From IMG/VR virus record IMGVR_UViG_3300018875_000003, positions 52,981 to 116,980 of that record: a stretch of 64,000 bases of DNA. The stretch is one strand, 5' to 3'. The position numbers and the translations under genes were made by a program. The notes below the pieces were generated by a model that searched no databases, had not been told where the DNA came from, and worked only from the letters and a program-made list of their open reading frames with translations. The DNA comes from a virus. Shown here one piece after another: positions 8,858-17,694 of this stretch (its first letter is position 1; every line of letters starts with the position of its first letter).

Positions 8858-9085
8858 ATGGAAGCATTCATCAGGTTCTACGCTAAAGTCAATCCAGGAC
8901 ACTGGGCTTTGGATATTCGTCATTCGAGTATAGTCGATTGGTCTATCACCGTTGGCTATAAGGCATCGCATCCGAAGTATGGCGAAAGCATTATTCATGT
9001 ACAGGGTTGGGATGTCGATCTGGCCTTTGCGAAAGCACAGGTTCAGCTGAAAGAATGGTTGACCGAACATAACGGCGGCTATTGA
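8858..9085 (+). CDS. hypothetical protein
   Basis: RBS GGGGGT before ATG 8858. Confidence 0.6.
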   Translation: MEAFIRFYAKVNPGHWALDIRHSSIVDWSITVGYKASHPKYGESIIHVQGWDVDLAFAKAQVQLKEWLTEHNGGY

Positions 9086-9110
9086 TTAACTATATAGGAG
9101 GATTCATCAT

Positions 9111-9395
9111 ATGAAGAAAACGATCGCCATGCGCCAGTCATCCGTATATGGTGCTATATCCAAGATGATTAATGCCATGTCTGGAGATTCTATTCAGTTT
9201 CAAACGGCAGTGAAGATGTATAAGCGATTTGCTACAGGCTTTGTTCTAAGAGAGAACGAGGTGGCTTTCTTTCTCCGCGAGCTGGTTGATGCTGGTCACT
9301 TGCACCTGGAGGTAAACGATCAAGGCAAAGAGATGTTGTCGCTCACTCCAGCGGGAGACGAATACCATACCATAAGCTTTGGTGATGACGAATGA
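9111..9395 (+). CDS. hypothetical protein, possible winged-helix
   Basis: RBS AGGAGG; LRELVDAGHL...LSLTPAG. Confidence 0.6.
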   Translation: MKKTIAMRQSSVYGAISKMINAMSGDSIQFQTAVKMYKRFATGFVLRENEVAFFLRELVDAGHLHLEVNDQGKEMLSLTPAGDEYHTISFGDDE

Positions 9396-9640
9396 ACGTT
9401 TACGATATTGGCATGCACTATGATGATATACTGCTGCGTATGAAGGATGTGCGCAGCTATATTCCTGTGCTTATGTCTGGATATAAGGCTCCGTATGATA
9501 TCGAGGACATTATCCGGGAGTATGCTGCTAATCCGATGTATGATATGTCTTTGGATGAGTTCCGCAGCCGGTTGAATCTATTATCGTCTATAGTGCGATT
9601 AGATTACGATAAGCTTGCGGCTTCATATGGGATGTCGTAA
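9392..9640 (+). CDS. hypothetical protein
   Basis: ATGA overlap with the upstream gene. Confidence 0.6.
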   Translation: MNVYDIGMHYDDILLRMKDVRSYIPVLMSGYKAPYDIEDIIREYAANPMYDMSLDEFRSRLNLLSSIVRLDYDKLAASYGMS

Positions 9641-9781
9641 TCGTAACGCGTTTCATTTTTTCTTTTGTCTATGTTGATCCAGCTGAATTGCCTCCTACTT
9701 TTTTCCGCACTGGTTGGCAGGCAGGATGGATGGCAGCAAAAGTGATTGATGTTGATTGATTCCAGAAAGGAGGTTCCCGCA

Positions 9782-9952
9782 ATGAGCACAAACTTTAAAG
9801 CTATATCGTTTGCTGAGTTTATGACGGATGTAATGGGTATAAGCGATAAGCAATACTATGAGATGGATGCCGATCAGCAGCGTAAGATTTTTGACCAGTG
9901 GCATTCGCTCACTCAGCTACAGTTTGATTTGTGGTCTTCTAAAGTTAATTGA
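9782..9952 (+). CDS. small hypothetical protein
   Basis: RBS AAAGGAGG. Confidence 0.6.
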   Translation: MSTNFKAISFAEFMTDVMGISDKQYYEMDADQQRKIFDQWHSLTQLQFDLWSSKVN

Positions 9953-9985
9953 TTGGCGTTACATTACGTATAGTGAGGTGGTATC

Positions 9986-10120
9986 ATGATTAAATCACTG
10001 GTTTCAATCATTCGAGGTGACAATGAGGACATAAGCACTGTCCACCTGTTCGCTTGGCATATTATTGGCGCCATGCTTGCTTCTGCTGTTGCACTTGCTG
10101 TCGGTCATACGTTTATATAG
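9986..10120 (+). CDS. small membrane peptide (44 aa)
   Basis: RBS GAGGTG; one hydrophobic segment. Confidence 0.5.
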   Translation: MIKSLVSIIRGDNEDISTVHLFAWHIIGAMLASAVALAVGHTFI

Positions 10121-10188
10121 CCGCCTGATGAGTCCCTGGCGTGGGACGAAACCAGAATGTCGTGAGATATGCTGGTCGCGGATTGCCG
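10121..10188 (+). ncRNA. hammerhead ribozyme, type I
   Basis: CCGC-CTGATGA-GTCCC/GGGAC-GAAA-CCAG...CTGG-TC|GCGG; all core nucleotides and three stems present. Confidence 0.92.
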
Positions 10189-10212
10189 CAGCTTATACAA
10201 GGAGGAATGTTT

Positions 10213-10548
10213 ATGCCATTAAAGCTATATACAGCTCAGTATGCTTATCGTGGTCCGGATCGTGTGGATACCACAGTGAAAAGCAGTGATGGTATCTTTG
10301 CGCCGACCTGGGATATTGTCATGGGTGTGAAGAAAGGTCGGATCACCGAGCAGCAGTATACGGATGAGTATTATCGTATGATGCGCGATTCATATACCCA
10401 GAACTATGACAAATGGATGGAGCTTCTATCCAGAGATGAGGCGACGATCGTATGCTTCTGTGCGTATGGCCAGTTCTGTCATCGTCATCTACTGAAAGAC
10501 ATGCTTGTTAAATGTGGCGCCACTTATATGGGCGAACGTGGAAGGTGA
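10213..10548 (+). CDS. DUF488-like protein
   Basis: FAPTWD...Y..EY...IVCFC...FCHRHLL. Confidence 0.65.
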   Translation: MPLKLYTAQYAYRGPDRVDTTVKSSDGIFAPTWDIVMGVKKGRITEQQYTDEYYRMMRDSYTQNYDKWMELLSRDEATIVCFCAYGQFCHRHLLKDMLVKCGATYMGERGR

Positions 10549-10552
10549 TATC

Positions 10553-10744
10553 ATGGAAATTACACACGAATATGTATCTGGAGAGATCAATAAGCTACTG
10601 TCGAAGTATGACTTCCCTATTTATGCGCTGCAGGATGTATCCAAGCGGCTGGGTGATTCTGATGACCCAAACTATGCAGCGCAGCAGCTTCGATATTTGC
10701 AGAACCTTGTTGGAGCTGGCTATGCTAAAATGAAGTCTAAATAA
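10553..10744 (+). CDS. hypothetical protein
   Basis: RBS AAGGTGA; starts MEITHEY. Confidence 0.6.
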   Translation: MEITHEYVSGEINKLLSKYDFPIYALQDVSKRLGDSDDPNYAAQQLRYLQNLVGAGYAKMKSK

Positions 10745-10761
10745 TCTTATCGGAGGTATAT

Positions 10762-11067
10762 ATGACTAAACAATCTAAAGCATTGAATGCACTCTGCGTT
10801 TTGTATCCTCATGCGCGCCCTGCTGCAGGTGAAGGATACAATATGATCCGTGCTGAGCGTTATGACAACCCTGTTGACTTTCAGAATCTTGTTACCTGTC
10901 TTCTTGCTGCGTTCCCCTCTTCCCTATTCGATCATGCAGATTATGTGGAGGTTAGATTCTCCGCCGACACGATCACAGTGTACACTGGCCACTTCCTGGT
11001 TGAGTCTGACGTATATAACGTTCGATTCCTCTATGAAGCTTCGTACCAGACAGACACTGACTCATGA
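10762..11067 (+). CDS. hypothetical protein
   Basis: RBS GGAGGT. Confidence 0.65.
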   Translation: MTKQSKALNALCVLYPHARPAAGEGYNMIRAERYDNPVDFQNLVTCLLAAFPSSLFDHADYVEVRFSADTITVYTGHFLVESDVYNVRFLYEASYQTDTDS

Positions 11068-11077
11068 GGTGTGCTTT

Positions 11078-11347
11078 ATGGAGCTGATGACTTACTATAT
11101 CGATAATGCTTATGTGACGCTGCCTGATATGATCCCTGGTGTCCGATATCAGTTCTTGTATCACCACGACGATCCAGATGCTCGCTATATTGCCGAATAT
11201 ATCGGTCGTGATGATGATAAATGGTATCATCGAATGTTGTTCCGTATTATATGGCGAGATGCTGATATACATCGTGAGCAGATGTCTCTGTTCACGAATA
11301 AAATCACTCATATCAAGCTACATGGTGGTGATGCCGCATGGAACTGA
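11078..11347 (+). CDS. hypothetical protein
   Basis: RBS GAGGTG; starts MELMTYY. Confidence 0.65.
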   Translation: MELMTYYIDNAYVTLPDMIPGVRYQFLYHHDDPDARYIAEYIGRDDDKWYHRMLFRIIWRDADIHREQMSLFTNKITHIKLHGGDAAWN

Positions 11348-11586
11348 TCAGTCGCTATTGTTTAACCAGAGGTATCGGCGGCGTAACTATCAAAGATCGA
11401 AGCTTTGGTTACGGAGATTATTTGCGCATCAGGCATGCGGATCTGACAGGCAGCTATGAAACGACAGGTACTCTTGCTCCCTCTATCGATGATCAATATA
11501 TCATTCTTATAGATGATGATGACGATGATATTCATATATGGCGTGGTGATATTAATTATGTTGAGGATCTGTGCAGCCTTTGCTGA
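11338..11586 (+). CDS. hypothetical protein
   Basis: RBS GGTGGTGA; starts MELISRY. Confidence 0.65.
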   Translation: MELISRYCLTRGIGGVTIKDRSFGYGDYLRIRHADLTGSYETTGTLAPSIDDQYIILIDDDDDDIHIWRGDINYVEDLCSLC

Positions 11587-11671
11587 ACAGGTTCTCTTTT
11601 TCTTTTGTCTACCCTTCGGGCAGACGCGATCGGCGGATGATGCTTCATGTATTCGAATGCAGCATACGAAT

Positions 11672-11700
11672 GGTCGCTAACGCTCCATCGGCTTGACGAT
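11672..11700 (+). promoter_or_regulatory. motif copy 2
   Basis: GGTCG CTAACG CTCCATC GGCTT GA CGAT. Confidence 0.6.
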
Positions 11701-11728
11701 GACTATTATCCTATTGGAGGTTTTATAT

Positions 11729-12121
11729 ATGACAACTCAACAAACGCAGGTAACTGAAGAACTCGTTGCAATGATGCTGGATGTCGCTCTGACTCATTAT
11801 CCGAATGCTCGTAAGGTATCCAGAAGCTATCTGCTGGATCAGCTGGAAGAGCGTGACGATTCCGGTCCGGATGAAACGAAAGAACAAGCGGTGCAGCGCA
11901 TCTTCGATTTCCTCGATAGCGAGTATCGTTATGACTTCAATGCTGCTGGCGATCTGATCTCTCCTCCACTCGTTAAACGCTCTCCAGCCGGCTATTATAT
12001 TGGACGCGACTATTATGATTTCGAATTAGGAAGCGAGATGCACTATGAACGTGAATCTGGCTACATGACAGAAGAAGCAGCCAATCGTGCATTTGCATCA
12101 GGTGTATGGTGGAGGAGTTAA
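11729..12121 (+). CDS. hypothetical phage protein
   Basis: RBS GGAGG; SPAGYYIG...RESGY. Confidence 0.65.
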   Translation: MTTQQTQVTEELVAMMLDVALTHYPNARKVSRSYLLDQLEERDDSGPDETKEQAVQRIFDFLDSEYRYDFNAAGDLISPPLVKRSPAGYYIGRDYYDFELGSEMHYERESGYMTEEAANRAFASGVWWRS

Positions 12122-12184
12122 TCCTCCTCCTTCACTTCCTTTAACACTTATCTCACTACATAAACTATTTAGGAGCTGATATTA

Positions 12185-12718
12185 ATGATTAAGTCTATTA
12201 AGAAGTATGTTTCTCAGGTGAAGATGGTTGCTCAGGGTATGATCGATATGCAGAATCCTTTCCGCACCAGCAAGATTGTGGAGATGAACCATTTTGGTGT
12301 ACAATGCAAAATGCTACATGACCCTGCCCTACTTCATAGCAAAGGATATATGGTTGCCGGCGCTATGCGTGTGATTATGGGCGACGTCGTTGAAGATATG
12401 ATTGTCGTTGATGATCACTTCTTTGAAATGGATGCTGCCCACCAGCTGGCTATATATTTTCATGAGTTTGGCCACATTCACCTGGAGCATTTGGAACGTC
12501 TCGCTTCAGGAGGAAAATACGCCAACATGAAGAATCTGTTTAAGCGTTCGGCTGCTGCTATTCATGGTGTGCAAGACATCGAACTTGAAGCGGACCAGTA
12601 TGCCGCAAGCAAGGTTGGCCCTGTCATCCTCTCTTCTGCCCTCGAAGCTGTTTCTGCCGTTGTCGGCCCTAAAAATAAGGAGCTGCAAAGACGTATTCGC
12701 ATTCTCCGCAACCAGTGA
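12185..12718 (+). CDS. zinc metallopeptidase (M48-like)
   Basis: HEFGH and ELEADQYA motifs. Confidence 0.7.
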   Translation: MIKSIKKYVSQVKMVAQGMIDMQNPFRTSKIVEMNHFGVQCKMLHDPALLHSKGYMVAGAMRVIMGDVVEDMIVVDDHFFEMDAAHQLAIYFHEFGHIHLEHLERLASGGKYANMKNLFKRSAAAIHGVQDIELEADQYAASKVGPVILSSALEAVSAVVGPKNKELQRRIRILRNQ

Positions 12719-12727
12719 GGTGTCCGT

Positions 12728-12970
12728 ATGGATAAGATCATTCAATCCCTGCACAATGATGCTCCCCTCCATTGCCATAAAACGATTGACTACAGCCAGG
12801 ATGAGCATGCTGATCAGGTTGATGATGCTGTCTATTGTGCCGGCGCCTTGGGATATATGGTAAAAGCGAAAGATATCAATCTCCCTATTCGTCTTGGCAT
12901 AATGTTTGATTTATTCCGTCCGGACGAGCTTCAGGATCTGGATGATCTCATCGATCCGAAAGAGGAGTGA
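12728..12970 (+). CDS. hypothetical protein
   Basis: RBS GAGGTG. Confidence 0.6.
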   Translation: MDKIIQSLHNDAPLHCHKTIDYSQDEHADQVDDAVYCAGALGYMVKAKDINLPIRLGIMFDLFRPDELQDLDDLIDPKEE

Positions 12971-12976
12971 TTTTAA

Positions 12977-13396
12977 TTGGAGATTCGCAATGGTTCCCCT
13001 GTTATTGGCCACCGTGTTGAGGTATACGTCAATCTGAATAAGAATGGGTTGTTCAGTATCCTTGACCGGCAGCCAAAGAGCCCCACGTATAACAAAGTTT
13101 TAGCGTATGCCGAGCGCGTTACATTACGAGAAGCCCGCTCCCGTATCAGTCAAAGCAAGTATGATTCTATTCAGAACAAGAAGCAGCGTGCTGTGTGTGC
13201 CATGTTTACTGGAACCCTGGTTGCTATCGATGAAGCAAAGCCTGCCGGACTTGATGTTGAGGTCCACTATAATCCTTACCGCGCCCGTGAATTTCACACG
13301 AATGACGGTCATGTCATTGAAGAAGCAGATTTGATTCATTTCGAGGATAAGCTGGGCTGGGTTTCCGATCCGGAAGCACCCATGCTGCTATTTTAA
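12977..13396 (+). CDS. hypothetical phage protein
   Basis: RBS GAGGAG; VYVNLNK...FS...YNPY. Confidence 0.65.
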   Translation: MEIRNGSPVIGHRVEVYVNLNKNGLFSILDRQPKSPTYNKVLAYAERVTLREARSRISQSKYDSIQNKKQRAVCAMFTGTLVAIDEAKPAGLDVEVHYNPYRAREFHTNDGHVIEEADLIHFEDKLGWVSDPEAPMLLF

Positions 13397-13414
13397 TTTC
13401 GGAGGTTATTTATT

Positions 13415-13648
13415 ATGCAAACAGCACTACACGAACAGGTTCGCCATGAAGAGATGGTTCCTGGTCATATGTATGAAATCGAAGATGATCGCGGCGGCAT
13501 CATCCAGGGTAATTATGATCAGCGTTCAGATTCTATGATTACGCTCAAAAATACGATGTATATTATGCCAAGCGGCTATCACATGCCTTATCCTTCTTGG
13601 TGTGTATCTATCCATCGCATTGTCAGTTGTAAGAAATTTCATTTTTAG
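13415..13648 (+). CDS. hypothetical protein
   Basis: RBS GGAGG. Confidence 0.6.
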   Translation: MQTALHEQVRHEEMVPGHMYEIEDDRGGIIQGNYDQRSDSMITLKNTMYIMPSGYHMPYPSWCVSIHRIVSCKKFHF

Positions 13649-13659
13649 GAGGATGCCAT

Positions 13660-13977
13660 ATGACTCAGCGTAAAGGCTTCAATGATTTCTTCACGTTCAC
13701 CCGAGATGATAAGTTTATTCAGAATAAGACCTATCTCATTCATCTGATGCAGCTGGTCGAGTCCATGGATGAAAACTGCGATATGTCCGTTACTTCCACC
13801 GGTAGGATCCTGATGCTCTTTTTCGAAGAAGATGGCATGTCTGCACACATCGATGTTAATTTGGACCACATCCTCACCTATATTGATCGGTTACTCAAGC
13901 TGCAAGCTCACACTGATTTCTTCACTACACAAGTTGACCGCGATAAGATATACGAATGCTTCACCATTAACGAATGA
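13660..13977 (+). CDS. hypothetical protein
   Basis: RBS AGGAGG. Confidence 0.6.
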   Translation: MTQRKGFNDFFTFTRDDKFIQNKTYLIHLMQLVESMDENCDMSVTSTGRILMLFFEEDGMSAHIDVNLDHILTYIDRLLKLQAHTDFFTTQVDRDKIYECFTINE

Positions 13978-14005
13978 AGGCTACCAATCGGTGGCCTTCT
14001 TTTTT
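13976..14005 (+). terminator. intrinsic terminator
   Basis: GAAGGCTACC / GGTGGCCTTC followed by a T-run. Confidence 0.75.
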
Positions 14006-14032
14006 ATTACACACACTATTGGAGGGTTTCCC

Positions 14033-14284
14033 ATGAAAATTAGATACGCCGTATTATTCTTTGTTGTCCTGTTCGCGATTGTTGCATTCAAGAACTATGA
14101 GCCAGAGCCGCGCTTTGTTGAATATGTAGTTGGATCCGGCGACACCCTGTGGTCTATCGCAAATCAAAGCGACATCGATACCGACAAACGTGCAATCATC
14201 GCATATATGATGGACAAGTCTCATATCAAGCAAGCTGCTGATCTGCAGCCGGGCATGGTTATTCAGGTGCCGATGCTCAAATGA
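14033..14284 (+). CDS. membrane-anchored LysM protein, YneA-like
   Basis: N-terminal TM helix plus YVVGSGDTLWSIA...LQPGMVIQVP. Confidence 0.75.
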   Translation: MKIRYAVLFFVVLFAIVAFKNYEPEPRFVEYVVGSGDTLWSIANQSDIDTDKRAIIAYMMDKSHIKQAADLQPGMVIQVPMLK

Positions 14285-14418
14285 ATACAGCTCATGTGAT
14301 TTTCATCCTTTGCCTGGTTGCAGCCACATTTCTTGAGCATTACATAGATAGCAGCACTGATTAATATCTCGCTTTGTATGGCGTTACGTTTATGTTAAAA
14401 TCGGGGAGCCACGCTCCC

Positions 14419-14476
14419 TATTCTGTCTGCGGTTATCCAACCGTACTGATGAGCTGTCGTGCAGCGAAACAGAATA
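14419..14476 (+). ncRNA. hammerhead ribozyme, type III
   Basis: TATTCTGTC|TGCGGTT/AACCGTA-CTGATGA-GCTG/CAGC-GAA-ACAGAATA. Confidence 0.95.
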
Positions 14477-14494
14477 AAACTGGAGGTGTTTCTT

Positions 14495-14983
14495 ATGACA
14501 CAACTCGAACAAACTAATCGTGTATTTGATGCTGCTGATTTCCGTGAAGGCATGCAGGAAGAATATGAATTTCAATATACTAATTCCAAGATGTCCGTTT
14601 CTACTGCGTTTCAATTGTTGAATGAACAAGGATGGGAAGTCCATGACGGAGACGTGATCGATGGACTCAAGCGTGCTTTGGCGGATGCCCTTCACTCTGT
14701 CATCATGGAGCATATGCTGGATGCCTACCAAGTTGTCGATTTCGACCTTTTGTATAGTGACAGCTTTCTTGGCAATCCAGGCGGATACACCGATGAGTAT
14801 GGTGTCTTCTGGGTCGAAGCCGAATCGATGTGCCATTACAAAATCGATCATAAGGCTCGCAAATTCACATCCGGTCGCATCAAGCTCAGTGCATCTATCT
14901 ATAACGATGACGCGAAGCTGAATGAAATGCTCGGTGCAATCCGGAAGCATGTTGATGATCAAGTCAAAGCACTGAATCTTTAA
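14495..14983 (+). CDS. hypothetical protein
   Basis: RBS GGAGGTG. Confidence 0.7.
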   Translation: MTQLEQTNRVFDAADFREGMQEEYEFQYTNSKMSVSTAFQLLNEQGWEVHDGDVIDGLKRALADALHSVIMEHMLDAYQVVDFDLLYSDSFLGNPGGYTDEYGVFWVEAESMCHYKIDHKARKFTSGRIKLSASIYNDDAKLNEMLGAIRKHVDDQVKALNL

Positions 14984-15032
14984 TCCTCGGCGCTCATTAC
15001 GGGCGCCCATTCCCCTATGGAGGTTGATTATC

Positions 15033-15320
15033 ATGAAGAAAATCGCATCGTTTATTTATACTCCATTCGAGACTGTGCCTGTGTTCGAAGCGACAGGCAC
15101 TCTTCTCGATACACATATGTCTGATGGCGTGCTGCTGGCACTGTTCGATATCCCAGGTGTTTCGAATTGTTATCCGGTGTTCTTTGAGCAGCCGGAAATG
15201 ATCCACTACATATCCACGTCCTGCCCTGCGGGTACAACCCTTCTTCTTTCCGGCAGGAACTACACCGACAATGAGTGCCCTCACTTGATTGCGAGCAGAT
15301 GCTTTACTCTATCGATGTAG
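15033..15320 (+). CDS. hypothetical protein
   Basis: RBS GGAGG. Confidence 0.6.
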   Translation: MKKIASFIYTPFETVPVFEATGTLLDTHMSDGVLLALFDIPGVSNCYPVFFEQPEMIHYISTSCPAGTTLLLSGRNYTDNECPHLIASRCFTLSM

Positions 15321-15321
15321 C

Positions 15322-15350
15322 GCAGCCTACGGCTGCAGTGGCTTTATGAT
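15322..15350 (+). promoter_or_regulatory. motif copy 3 (hairpin subtype)
   Basis: GCAGC CTACG GCTGCAGT GGCTT TA TGAT. Confidence 0.55.
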
Positions 15351-15369
15351 ATTATATGGGAGGCGCATT

Positions 15370-15468
15370 ATGCTTAAAGAACGTTTGGCATTTGTCGGAT
15401 TGGCCCTTGGTTCAATCGCCTTGTTTATCGCCGTTGTCTTCGGCGTTATGCTTATATTGGCATCGTAG
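15370..15468 (+). CDS. small hydrophobic peptide (32 aa)
   Basis: RBS GGGAGG; single TM segment. Confidence 0.55.
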   Translation: MLKERLAFVGLALGSIALFIAVVFGVMLILAS

Positions 15469-15476
15469 GAGGTTCT

Positions 15477-15668
15477 ATGGATTTTTTGTTTTCAACCTTG
15501 GCATTCATCTTGTTTGAATCCATCGGCGTGTGGGGGCTTATCATTTGCCTGCACGATCTGCGCAATCCTTCGATTGGATTCTGGTATAGATTCAAATATA
15601 CAGGTGTCGTTATTCTTCTGATGCTTGTTATCTTCGCTTTTTACTTGTTAGATATTCATACATCATAG
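15477..15668 (+). CDS. small membrane protein
   Basis: RBS AGGAGG; two hydrophobic segments. Confidence 0.6.
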   Translation: MDFLFSTLAFILFESIGVWGLIICLHDLRNPSIGFWYRFKYTGVVILLMLVIFAFYLLDIHTS

Positions 15669-15735
15669 GAAGTATTTCATATTTCATACGTTATACGATA
15701 TATTTCCTACGATGTATGATGTATTTCGTATTTCA
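15666..15735. repeat. heptad array 2, parS-like
   Basis: In-phase TAGGAAG TATTTCA TATTTCA TACGTTA TACGATA TATTTCC TACGATG TATGATG TATTTCG TATTTCA. Confidence 0.75.
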
Positions 15736-15756
15736 TAGGATTGGAGGACATATCAT

Positions 15757-15993
15757 ATGAATTTAATCGTAGCTTACCAGAAGTCCATCACTCCCCTCAA
15801 ACCTGATGTATGGGAAGTCGGCAAGCGATATGAGATCACTGACAACCATGGCAATCTAGTCTATGGTGATTTTTACGCTGCTCATGGTCGCCAGCTGTGC
15901 TTCACTAATTGCTTTTGCGGAGATGACTACGAACCTGGAGAGTACTTTTATTTCCCGGATGAAATCAAGGAGGCTGTTGTCGTTGACGATTAA
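15757..15993 (+). CDS. hypothetical protein
   Basis: RBS GGAGG; starts MNLIVAY. Confidence 0.6.
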   Translation: MNLIVAYQKSITPLKPDVWEVGKRYEITDNHGNLVYGDFYAAHGRQLCFTNCFCGDDYEPGEYFYFPDEIKEAVVVDD

Positions 15994-16432
15994 GATGAAT
16001 TATAACTTTCAGTTTTACAAGGAGATTAAGCTCCAGCTGATCCGCCGTGACTATACCGGCTACGATGCCAAGCGTTTTACGCTGAACGGCACCAATCAGA
16101 ATGTATGGATTCCAAATAAGCATCTGCTGGAAGACGGCACGATCAAGCAGGATGAGAACATTGATTATGTTTTCAGACGTGCCATCCGTCAGCTGGAGCT
16201 TGCTGGATACACCGGCCCGATTATCGGCATCAAGCGCACTACCAAGGTCGATCCGATCATCTATGTCCGGCAGCTTACTTGGGATGAGCAGCAGGCGCTC
16301 CTCTCCCCTCTCGAAGCCAAGCTTAAAGAAGAAGGCTTATCGAAACGCAAAATCTATAGGGCGCTTGCTGATGCCAGAGACAGCAAGATTAGTGATATCC
16401 AAGACCAATTCCCAAAGGAGAATGAATTATGA
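15983..16432 (+). CDS. hypothetical protein
   Basis: RBS AAGGAGG before TTG 15983 (ATG 15995 is an alternative start). Confidence 0.6.
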   Translation: MTIKMNYNFQFYKEIKLQLIRRDYTGYDAKRFTLNGTNQNVWIPNKHLLEDGTIKQDENIDYVFRRAIRQLELAGYTGPIIGIKRTTKVDPIIYVRQLTWDEQQALLSPLEAKLKEEGLSKRKIYRALADARDSKISDIQDQFPKENEL

Positions 16433-16872
16433 CTGGACACAATGACTATTTCCGGTTGCGAAAAGTATTCTTAAAGAACTGCACCACCGATCTGCTGGGC
16501 GCCAGCAAGGAAACGATCGATGACATGATTGCTTATCTTCAGGCAACGCGTGAAATGACGCCGGATGATACTTCCCTTGAAGAGATCATCAAACGATTCT
16601 ATTGGCGGCACCAGGAGGAATACGGCAGCGGCCATATCAATTCGCGGTCGATCACTCTCATTCCCGGGCATCATCTCTATGATGATTTCGTTCTGGCTGC
16701 CGGCGATCTGCTGCCAGACGGGTTTAACTCTCCGGCGCAGCGCGAAGAACGTATCATTCAATTCATCGTTAAATATACACCTGCCTATAGCGAGTTCAAT
16801 CTGATCGGAACCGAGAACGACATCATCATGAAGCAAAGAGTCGATCACGTTCTCTGCCGGTTCAAAGTTTAA
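16429..16872 (+). CDS. hypothetical protein
   Basis: RBS AAGGAG; ATGA overlap. Confidence 0.65.
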   Translation: MTGHNDYFRLRKVFLKNCTTDLLGASKETIDDMIAYLQATREMTPDDTSLEEIIKRFYWRHQEEYGSGHINSRSITLIPGHHLYDDFVLAAGDLLPDGFNSPAQREERIIQFIVKYTPAYSEFNLIGTENDIIMKQRVDHVLCRFKV

Positions 16873-16888
16873 TCCAATACGAAATCTC

Positions 16889-16920
16889 AGGTCTGCTCTT
16901 TCGAGGGCAGGCCTTTTTTT
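16889..16920 (+). terminator. intrinsic terminator
   Basis: AGGTCTGCTCT / AGGGCAGGCCT followed by a T-run. Confidence 0.75.
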
Positions 16921-16942
16921 GTATGCAAAGGAGGAAATGAGT

Positions 16943-17089
16943 ATGTCCCAACCTACTGTTCTTGATGATCCGGAGTTCCAAACCATGCAATGGGGGTTCG
17001 ATCCCACCGGTTACGAGCAGGATGTCGATTCTTACAAATTATGCGGCTGCGAACATGACGAATTTTGTCTTGAATGTGTGCCATTTTAG
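16943..17089 (+). CDS. small acidic Cys-containing protein (48 aa)
   Basis: RBS AAAGGAGG; CGC...CLEC. Confidence 0.55.
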   Translation: MSQPTVLDDPEFQTMQWGFDPTGYEQDVDSYKLCGCEHDEFCLECVPF

Positions 17090-17100
17090 GAGGATATGTC

Positions 17101-17340
17101 ATGGAGAAATTTATCATCATCGATCGCAATGATCGACAGATTTTGCACGGTCCGCAGCACTTGCTGGTGGACACTTTAAAGGAGCTGGGTACGCATCCAG
17201 ACTTCTTTTACGACTACTTCAGCGGCTTGGATGATCAAGACTACCAGGAGCTGTACGACAGCACGGTGTCGGAGTTGTCCGATGAATTTAAAATTGTGGA
17301 GGTTAACGATGAACATTTATACGTCTGTGAGCGGTATTGA
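17101..17340 (+). CDS. hypothetical protein
   Basis: RBS AGGAGG. Confidence 0.6.
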   Translation: MEKFIIIDRNDRQILHGPQHLLVDTLKELGTHPDFFYDYFSGLDDQDYQELYDSTVSELSDEFKIVEVNDEHLYVCERY

Positions 17341-17596
17341 TCTACAGGATCGAATCTACTTTCTCCAGAAGACATTTCTACCGATTCAACTCAATGTGGA
17401 TTTGATTCGGGCGGACACCCTGCATCTGCAGGATAAGGATGACGAGGCTGCCGAGCTGGTCGGCAAGATCGAGGAAGAATGCGCAAAGCTGGGCATTAAG
17501 ATCTATCAGCCGATGCCGATCAGCATGAAGTCCGGCGAAGCTTATCGGCAGAACGCTGTCCAGTGTTACGAGGCGCAAACGAAAATTGACGCATAA
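17309..17596 (+). CDS. hypothetical protein
   Basis: RBS GGAGG. Confidence 0.6.
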   Translation: MNIYTSVSGIDLQDRIYFLQKTFLPIQLNVDLIRADTLHLQDKDDEAAELVGKIEEECAKLGIKIYQPMPISMKSGEAYRQNAVQCYEAQTKIDA

Positions 17597-17663
17597 AGTC
17601 GGCTTGGCGACTATAAATAGGCCTTTGGCCAAGCGCGGGCTCCCGGGTCGTCGGGAGTATGGC
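17597..17663 (+). ncRNA. pistol ribozyme candidate
   Basis: P1 AGTCG/CGACT; loop GCTTGG pairs with CCAAGC; ATAAATAG linker; P2 GCC/GGC; GCG; P3 GCTCCCG/CGGGAGT. Confidence 0.75.
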
Positions 17664-17694
17664 AACACATACTATTCCAAACGAGGTGCTTACT

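Noticed and set aside
8794-11612. Recurrent TTTTTCTTTTG (about 8797, 9657, 11597)
   Set aside because: Follows gene ends and weak hairpins; most simply explained as terminator U-tracts
8837-16999. Exact 15-mer ATGCAATGGGGGTTC occurring twice
   Set aside because: A 15-mer match or two is expected by chance in 64 kb and the contexts differ
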